From positions 1 to 34,014 of the forward strand of contig CAYUOK010000003.1 of NCBI GenBank assembly GCA_964446395.1: a stretch of DNA of 34,014 nt, given 5' to 3'. Position numbers and translations under genes: made by a program. The notes under the pieces were generated by a model. The model saw only the letters and a program-made list of their open reading frames with translations. It made no database searches and was not told the DNA's origin. Each line of letters starts with the position of its first letter. The first letter of the stretch is position 1. This stretch comes from an uncultured Gemmatimonadaceae bacterium (GTDB lineage: Bacteria > Gemmatimonadota > Gemmatimonadetes > Gemmatimonadales > GWC2-71-9). Of this stretch, positions 7,733 through 14,198 are shown piece after piece.

Positions 7733-9181
7733 GTGCCCGGTTCCTCCATCCGCCGCACCAAGATCGTCGCCACCCTCGGGCCCGCCTGGTCCCACCCCGA
7801 TCGCATGGCCCAGCTCCTCGATGCGGGGGTGAACGTCGTCCGGGTGAACGCCTCGCACGGGACGAGGGAGCTGCGGACCAAGTGGATCCGGGACCTCCAG
7901 CGGGTCCAGAAGGGGCGGACCGAACCCGTCGCCATCCTGATGGACCTCCACGGCCCCAGGATCAGGGTCGGCCAGCTCCCGGAGCCACGGGAGCTCGTCC
8001 AGGGTGAGTCCGTCACCTTTGCCCCCGAGGCGGTGGCCACCTCGGCCGAACTCCCCACCACCTACGCCGACCTGGCGAAGGACATGCGCCCCGGCTCCAA
8101 GATCCTCCTCGACGACGGCCTGCTGGCGGTCGAGGTGACGGGGGTCCGGGGAGACCGGGTGGACGGGGTGGTGCGCTACGGCGGGCTCCTCAAGGCCAAC
8201 AAGGGGATGAACCTCCCCGGCGTGGACGTCAGCGCGCCGGCGGTCACCGAGAAGGACCGGGAGGACGTCCAGCACGCCGTCGAGCTCGGGGTGGACTACA
8301 TCGGCGTCTCCTTCGTCCGCCGGGCGGAGGAGCTCAACCAGCTCCGGACCCTGATCCCCAAGCGGGTGCAGCTGGTGGCCAAGATCGAGAAGGACACCGC
8401 CCTCCTGCACCTCGAGTCCATCCTCGACGCCACCGACGCCGTCATGGTGGCCCGCGGCGACCTCGGCGTCGAGCTGCCCTTCGAGGAGGTGCCGCTGGTG
8501 CAGAAGCGCCTCATCCGCGAGGCCAACCTGCGGGGCAAGCCGGTCATCACCGCCACCCAGATGCTCGAGTCCATGGTCCACGCCCCCCGCCCCACCCGCG
8601 CCGAGGCGTCGGACGTGGCGAACGCCATCCTCGACGGCACCGACGCCGTCATGCTCTCGGCGGAGACGGCCGTGGGCGACTACGGCCTCGAGGCGGTGCA
8701 GGCGATGGACCGGATTGCCCGGGAGGTGGAGCGGCAGCGGAAGGGCCGGAGCGCCGCGTTCGACCTCGCGGTGGGCCGCCGCACGGGCGGCGCCGCCGAC
8801 CGGTTCAGCCAGCGCCAGGCCCGGAGCGAGGACGCCATCGCGGTGGCGGTCTGCGCCGCCTCCGAGCTCCTCGACACGCGTGTCATCGTCTGCTTCACCT
8901 CGAGCGGCTTCACCGCGCGGACGGTGGCCTCGTTCCGCCCCTTCGCGCCGATCGTGGCGGTCACGCCGGAACCCGACACCTTCCGCGCCCTGGCGCTCGT
9001 CTGGGGCGTGACGCCGGTGCTGGTGGACCACATGCCCAACTACGAGACGATGCTGCACGTGGCGCGGGCCCAGCTCCTGGCCCAGGGCCTCGTGAGCCCC
9101 GGCGACCGGGTGGTGGTCACCGCCGGCGTCCCCTTCGACGTCCCCGGCACCACCAACCTCCTCAAGATCGAGACCGTGTAG
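7733..9181 (+). CDS. pyk: pyruvate kinase
   Basis: GTG 7733 was chosen (GAGG 5 nt upstream) because IRRTKIVATLGPA is the canonical pyruvate kinase N-terminus. Motifs VNVVRVNASHG, VMVARGDLGVE, ATQMLESM and VMLSAETAVG are present. The track start at 7649 lies in the low-complexity upstream repeat. Confidence 0.95.
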   Translation: MPGSSIRRTKIVATLGPAWSHPDRMAQLLDAGVNVVRVNASHGTRELRTKWIRDLQRVQKGRTEPVAILMDLHGPRIRVGQLPEPRELVQGESVTFAPEAVATSAELPTTYADLAKDMRPGSKILLDDGLLAVEVTGVRGDRVDGVVRYGGLLKANKGMNLPGVDVSAPAVTEKDREDVQHAVELGVDYIGVSFVRRAEELNQLRTLIPKRVQLVAKIEKDTALLHLESILDATDAVMVARGDLGVELPFEEVPLVQKRLIREANLRGKPVITATQMLESMVHAPRPTRAEASDVANAILDGTDAVMLSAETAVGDYGLEAVQAMDRIAREVERQRKGRSAAFDLAVGRRTGGAADRFSQRQARSEDAIAVAVCAASELLDTRVIVCFTSSGFTARTVASFRPFAPIVAVTPEPDTFRALALVWGVTPVLVDHMPNYETMLHVARAQLLAQGLVSPGDRVVVTAGVPFDVPGTTNLLKIETV

Positions 9182-9185
9182 CGGG

Positions 9186-9965
9186 ATGCGGCTCACTTTC
9201 CTCGGCACCGGCACCTCGTTCGGCGTGCCGCAGGTGGGCTGCGGCTGCGAGGTGTGCCGGTCCGACGACCCGCGCGACCGCCGCACCCGCTCCGGCGCCC
9301 TCCTCCGTGCCGGGGGCGCCACGCTGCTCCTCGACAGCCCCCCCGAGCTCCGCCTCCAGCTGGTCGGGCAGGGGGTGAGCGAGCTCTCCGCGGTGCTCTA
9401 CACCCACGAGCACGCCGACCACACGGCGGGCATCGACGACCTCCGGATCTTCACGGTCCGGACCAAGCGGCACCTCCCGGTCTACGGCCCGCCCGAGACG
9501 CTCGCGCAGCTGGAGTCCACCTACCGCTACATCTTCGACCCGGGCGTCACCGCCTACGAGGGCACCTCCAAGCCGCACCTGGAGCCGCATGCGCTCGAAC
9601 CGGGGGTGCCCGTGACCGTGGCCGGCGTCGAGGTCCTCCCGCTCGCCTTCCCGCACGGCCATCTTCGGGTGTACGGATATCGCTTCGGCAAGCTGGCGTA
9701 CCTGACCGACGTGAAGGACGTCGGAATGGTGGAGCGGGCCGCCCTCCAGGGGATCGAGGTGCTGGTGCTCAACGCCCTCTGGTGGCGGCCGCATCCCACG
9801 CATCTCAGCATCGACGAGGCGGTGGCCCTTTCCCGGGAGCTCGGGGCGGAGCGCACCTTCCTGACGCACCTGACGCACGAGACCGGGCACGCGGAGCTGG
9901 CGGCGCGGCTCCCGGCGGGCGTGGCGCCGGCCTACGACGGATTGACGGTGGAGGTCTCGACATGA
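9186..9965 (+). CDS. MBL-fold metallo-hydrolase (PhnP/YycJ-like)
   Basis: 259 aa with the N-terminal LTFLGTGTSFGVPQ block and the HxHxDH motif in YTHEHADH. Confidence 0.85.
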   Translation: MRLTFLGTGTSFGVPQVGCGCEVCRSDDPRDRRTRSGALLRAGGATLLLDSPPELRLQLVGQGVSELSAVLYTHEHADHTAGIDDLRIFTVRTKRHLPVYGPPETLAQLESTYRYIFDPGVTAYEGTSKPHLEPHALEPGVPVTVAGVEVLPLAFPHGHLRVYGYRFGKLAYLTDVKDVGMVERAALQGIEVLVLNALWWRPHPTHLSIDEAVALSRELGAERTFLTHLTHETGHAELAARLPAGVAPAYDGLTVEVST

Positions 9966-11341
9966 GGTTGCAGTACGGCAGGATCATCCAGGACCGGCTC
10001 GACGGGCAGCACGGCCTCCCGCGCCGCCGGCTCGAGGAGCTGGCCCGCCGCTTCGGCGACGTGCAGGCGGAGGTGCGCTCCCGCCGCGCCGCGGGGGAGT
10101 ACGGCTTCTACCGGCTGGCCGAGCAGGAAAAGACGATCCGCCAGATCTCCGCCTTCGCGGAGGGCCTCGGGCAGGCGTACGACCACGTCCTGGTGCTCGG
10201 CATCGGCGGCTCCGCGCTCGGGACCCGGGCGCTCCTCTCCGCGCTCCGGCCGCCGGCGTGGAACGAGCTCGACGACGAGGCCCGGGAGTTCTTCCCGCGC
10301 CTCACCCTGCTCGACAACGTGGACCCGACCTCGGTGGCGGCCGCGCTTCGCCGCATCGACCCCCGGCGCGTCCTGGTCAACGTCATCAGCAAGTCGGGCG
10401 GCACCGCCGAGACGCTGGCCCAGTACCTCGTGGTGCGGCGCTGGCTCGACGAGGCGCTGGGCGGGGCCGCCAGCCGGCACCTGGTGTTCACTACCGACCC
10501 GGAAAAGGGCGCCCTGCGGGAGCTGGCCGCGCGGGAGGGGATCGCCACCCTGGAGGTGCCGCCGGAAGTGGGCGGGCGCTTCAGCGTCCTCTCGCCGGTG
10601 GGGCTCCTCCCCGCCGCGCTCGTCGGGATCGACATCGCGGGGTTGGTGCGGGGCGCGGCCGCCGCGGTAGCGCGCGCCGAGGCCGACGACCTGCTCCGAA
10701 ACCCGGCCGCCCTCTATGCCGCGCTCCACTGGTCAGCGGACCTCCAGGCCGGCGCACGGCTCCACGTGCTCATGCCGTACAGCGACCGGCTGCGCGACCT
10801 CGCGGAGTGGTTCCGCCAGCTCTGGGCCGAGAGCCTCGGGAAGCGGGTGGACCGGGAGGGGAAGGTGGTGCACAGCGGCCCGACGCCGGTCGCGTCGGTG
10901 GGCGCCACCGACCAGCACTCGCAGGTGCAGCTCTTCATGGAAGGGCCGTTCGACAAGCTCATCACCTTCGTGACGGTCGGGGACGCCGGGGAGGACGTCC
11001 AGATCCCCGTGCTCGAGGGGATGCCGGAGGAGGTCGCCTGCCTCGGCGGACGCTCGCTCGGCGAGCTGCTCGACGCCGAGTATGAGGCGACGGCGGCGGC
11101 GCTGGCCCGCATGGGGCGCATGAACTGCACCATCGCGCTCCCCGACCTCCGGCCGGAGTCGGTGGGGGAACTGCTGATGTTCTTCCAGCTCGCCACCGGG
11201 TACGCCGGGTGCTGGTACGGGGTGAATCCCTTCGACCAGCCGGGGGTGGAACTGGGGAAGCGGCTGACCTTCGGGGCGCTCGGACGGGTCGGGTACGAGG
11301 GGCCGGAACCGGCGCCGGACAACGACGCCGACACCGCCTGA
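9962..11341 (+). CDS. pgi: glucose-6-phosphate isomerase
   Basis: ATG 9962 overlaps the MBL stop (ATGA) and is in frame with track ORF 9254..11341. Blocks VLVLGIGGSALG, VISKSGGTAET, GGRFSVLSPVG and GATDQHSQVQLF are present. Confidence 0.9.
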   Translation: MRLQYGRIIQDRLDGQHGLPRRRLEELARRFGDVQAEVRSRRAAGEYGFYRLAEQEKTIRQISAFAEGLGQAYDHVLVLGIGGSALGTRALLSALRPPAWNELDDEAREFFPRLTLLDNVDPTSVAAALRRIDPRRVLVNVISKSGGTAETLAQYLVVRRWLDEALGGAASRHLVFTTDPEKGALRELAAREGIATLEVPPEVGGRFSVLSPVGLLPAALVGIDIAGLVRGAAAAVARAEADDLLRNPAALYAALHWSADLQAGARLHVLMPYSDRLRDLAEWFRQLWAESLGKRVDREGKVVHSGPTPVASVGATDQHSQVQLFMEGPFDKLITFVTVGDAGEDVQIPVLEGMPEEVACLGGRSLGELLDAEYEATAAALARMGRMNCTIALPDLRPESVGELLMFFQLATGYAGCWYGVNPFDQPGVELGKRLTFGALGRVGYEGPEPAPDNDADTA

Positions 11342-11417
11342 GGGCGTTTGGCGCGGGGGCCGCCGGCGGTCTAGATTTTGCCACCCGGCCCTGTCCCCAC
11401 TTACGAGGACGCGATTC

Positions 11418-12833
11418 GTGACTGATCACCTGACTGCCGCCGCCCGCCTCTTCGGCGGCGCCGTTTCCCTGGTCCCGGGCGGCATCAAGCTCACCGATGC
11501 CGCGGCGCTGCGCGGGCCCGCCACCGACCTCCTGGTGCGCCAGGCGGTCTTCGGCGGCGAACCGGAGCGTGAGGCGGCCCGCTGGCTCCTGTGGGAACTG
11601 GGGCAAGTCACCGGGGCGCGGCCGGCCTCCATCAACGACCTCTACCTGGCGCGGGGCCGCGGGGAGTGCGGCGGCTTCACCGTTCCGGCCATCAACGTCC
11701 GGATGCTGGCCTACGACACCGCCCGGGCGGTCTTCCGGGCGGCGCTGGCGGGCAGGGCGGGGGCCATCATCCTCGAGATCGCCCGCAGCGAGATCGCCTA
11801 CACCGCCCAGCGGCCCGACGAATATGTGGCGGTCATCATCGGCGCGGCGCTGCGCGAGGGCTACACCCTCCCGCTGTTCATCCAGGGCGACCACTGCCAG
11901 GTCAACGCCAAGAAGTACGCCGCCGACCCCGAAGGGGAGGTGGGGGAGGTCAAGAAGCTGATCGCCGAGGAGGTCGCGGCGGGCTTCTACAACATCGACG
12001 TGGACACCTCCACGCTGGTGGACCTCTCGCGGCCGACGCTCGAGGAGCAGCAGCGCGACAACTTCGAGCGCTGCGCCGAGATCACGGCGTTCATCCGCGA
12101 ACGGGAGCCGGAGGGGATCACGGTGTCGGTGGGCGGCGAGATCGGCGAGGTGGGCCACAAGAACAGCACCGTCGAGGAGCTGCACGCCTTCATGCGCGGC
12201 TGCCGGAGCACCCTCGACCGCCTCGGCGTGGCCGAGGGGCTGAGCAAGATCTCCGTCCAGACCGGCACCTCGCACGGCGGGGTGGTGCTGCCGGACGGCT
12301 CGATCGCGGCGGTCAAGCTCGACCTCGACGCCCTCGCGGCGCTGAGCCGCGCGGCGCGCCAGGAGTACGGGACGGCCGGGGCGGTGCAGCACGGCGCCAG
12401 CACGCTGCCGAGCAACGCCTTCGGCAACTTCCCGCGGGTGGAGGCGTGCGAGATCCACCTCGCCACCAACTTCCAGAACATCGTCTTCGACCACCCCAAG
12501 CTCCCGGCGGCGCTCCGGGCCCGGATGTACGCCTGGCTCGACGAGAACGCCCAGGGCGAACGGAAGGCCGACGACTCGGTGGAGCAGTTCTACTACAAGG
12601 CGCGGAAGAAGGCCATCGGTCCGTTCAAGGAGGAATGCTGGTCGCTGCCCCAGGGCGTCCGCGACGCGATCGCGGCCGACCTCGAGAGCACCTTCCGCTT
12701 CCTCTTCGAGCAGCTGAACGTCAACGGGACCGACGCCCTCGTGGACCGGTTCATCCACGCGCCGGTGCAGCATCACGCCTCGCTGGACAAGGTGTCCGTA
12801 TCAGCCGAGGACGACCCTGACGCAGGAGAGTAA
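11418..12833 (+). CDS. class II (metal-dependent) ketose/fructose-bisphosphate aldolase family protein, long 471-aa form
   Basis: FTVPAINV, IILEIARSE, PLFIQGDHC, FYNIDVDTS, GGEIGEVGHK, VQTGTSHGG and AVQHGAST line up with the conserved class II aldolase blocks. GAGGAC lies upstream of the GTG. Confidence 0.8.
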   Translation: MTDHLTAAARLFGGAVSLVPGGIKLTDAAALRGPATDLLVRQAVFGGEPEREAARWLLWELGQVTGARPASINDLYLARGRGECGGFTVPAINVRMLAYDTARAVFRAALAGRAGAIILEIARSEIAYTAQRPDEYVAVIIGAALREGYTLPLFIQGDHCQVNAKKYAADPEGEVGEVKKLIAEEVAAGFYNIDVDTSTLVDLSRPTLEEQQRDNFERCAEITAFIREREPEGITVSVGGEIGEVGHKNSTVEELHAFMRGCRSTLDRLGVAEGLSKISVQTGTSHGGVVLPDGSIAAVKLDLDALAALSRAARQEYGTAGAVQHGASTLPSNAFGNFPRVEACEIHLATNFQNIVFDHPKLPAALRARMYAWLDENAQGERKADDSVEQFYYKARKKAIGPFKEECWSLPQGVRDAIAADLESTFRFLFEQLNVNGTDALVDRFIHAPVQHHASLDKVSVSAEDDPDAGE

Positions 12834-12834
12834 G

Positions 12835-13266
12835 ATGGCGCGACGCGACGACGACGACGAAATCGTGTACGTGCGGGACGAGGGCGGGTCCGGGATCAAG
12901 TGGTTCCTGGCCGGCGCGGCGGTGGGCGGGGTGCTCGCGTTGCTGTTCGCGCCGCAGAGCGGCGAGCAGACCCGCCGCCTCATCAAGCGCAAGGCGCGCG
13001 ACCTCCGCGAGGCGGCGGAGGACGGCCTCGACGACCTGGGCTACCGGTTCGAGGAGGGGAAGGAGCGGGTGCGGGAGGAGGCGGAACGGGTCCGGGACGC
13101 CGTCCGCGACCGGGTGGACGACGTGCGGGAGCGCGCCGCCGACGCCCGGGAGGCCGTCCGCGGTGCCGGGCACTCGGCGCGCGAGGAGCTGGAGCGGCGG
13201 CTGGCCGACGCCCGGACCCGCCGGCGCGCGGCCGCCATGGCGGACGACGAGGAGCCCGCGATCTGA
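12835..13266 (+). CDS. YtxH domain-containing protein
   Basis: 143 aa. One TM helix followed by the YtxH signature (WFLAGAAVGGVLALLFAPQSGEQTRRLI), then a charged helical tail. Confidence 0.8.
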   Translation: MARRDDDDEIVYVRDEGGSGIKWFLAGAAVGGVLALLFAPQSGEQTRRLIKRKARDLREAAEDGLDDLGYRFEEGKERVREEAERVRDAVRDRVDDVRERAADAREAVRGAGHSAREELERRLADARTRRRAAAMADDEEPAI

Positions 13267-14198
13267 AACCGAACCGGATCCGCGGCTGGCACCAGTCCTT
13301 CCGCGGATTTCTCGGCCGCACGCTGCAGGCAGCCGACGAAAACCACGTCCCCTTCCTGGCGAGCGCGCTGACCTTCGACGCGCTGCTCGCCGCCATTCCC
13401 TTCGTCCTCCTGCTCCTCGTCGGCCTCACCCAGGTGGCCCAGCCCTGGGCGGGCCCCGGGGCGGTGGACCTCCCGCACTTCTTCGAGGGCTTCCTCCCGC
13501 CGCACGACACCTCCGCGGGCCGCGACCCCTTCTTCCTGCTGGAGGAGGTTCTCGGCCGGATCGCGGAGTACGGCAGCAAGCTCTCGCTCTACGCGGTGCC
13601 GGCCTTCCTCTGGTTCAGCACCCGGCTCTTCGCCAGCATCCGCACCGCCCTCAACCAGATGTACGACGTAAGCGTGCGCCCGCCGGTGCGGCGCCACTTC
13701 CTCGTCAGCTACCTGCTGAGCAAGCTGCGCGACGTCGTGATGGTCATCATCACCCTCGGCGTCTTCGTCGCGAGCACCGCCATCAGCGCGGCGGTGGGCA
13801 TCGCCCGGGCCTACGGCGAGGCCGACTCCCCGGTGCTGCGCTTCTTCTTCTCGTCGCTCGGGCGGTGGATCCCCGAGCTGCTCAGCCTCTCGCTCACCTT
13901 CACCCTTTTCTTCCTCATCTACCGCTACGCCTCGGTCCGCCGCATCGACACCCGGGCGGCGCTCGTGGCGTCGGCGTTCGGCGCCGTGGCGTGGGACGTG
14001 GCGAAGCGGCTGTTCGCGATGTACCTGGGGAAGGTGGCGACGGTGGAGACGGTGACGGTGGACTTCCACCTGACCGCGATGGTCCTCACCGTGCTCTGGG
14101 TGTGGTACACAGCGCTGGTGTTCCTGCTCGGCGGGATCGTGGCGGAAACCTGGCAGCTCCGCACCATGCAGCAGGAACAGCGGGCGATCCTTACCTAG
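13263..14198 (+). CDS. YihY/BrkB (ribonuclease BN-like) family membrane protein; start codon uncertain
   Basis: 'FLASALTFDALLAAIPFVLLLLVGL' is the YihY family N-terminal signature, followed by multiple TM segments. No ATG/GTG/TTG lies in frame near the expected N-terminus. The nearest candidate is CTG 13263, which overlaps the ytxH stop (CTGA). Confidence 0.75.
   Translation: MKPNRIRGWHQSFRGFLGRTLQAADENHVPFLASALTFDALLAAIPFVLLLLVGLTQVAQPWAGPGAVDLPHFFEGFLPPHDTSAGRDPFFLLEEVLGRIAEYGSKLSLYAVPAFLWFSTRLFASIRTALNQMYDVSVRPPVRRHFLVSYLLSKLRDVVMVIITLGVFVASTAISAAVGIARAYGEADSPVLRFFFSSLGRWIPELLSLSLTFTLFFLIYRYASVRRIDTRAALVASAFGAVAWDVAKRLFAMYLGKVATVETVTVDFHLTAMVLTVLWVWYTALVFLLGGIVAETWQLRTMQQEQRAILT

Noticed and set aside
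14191-14198. 8-nt convergent overlap of the YihY and usher-like gene 3' ends as a regulatory feature
   Set aside because: It is real in the sequence, but such end-to-end overlaps are common in compact high-GC genomes, and there is no associated structure.
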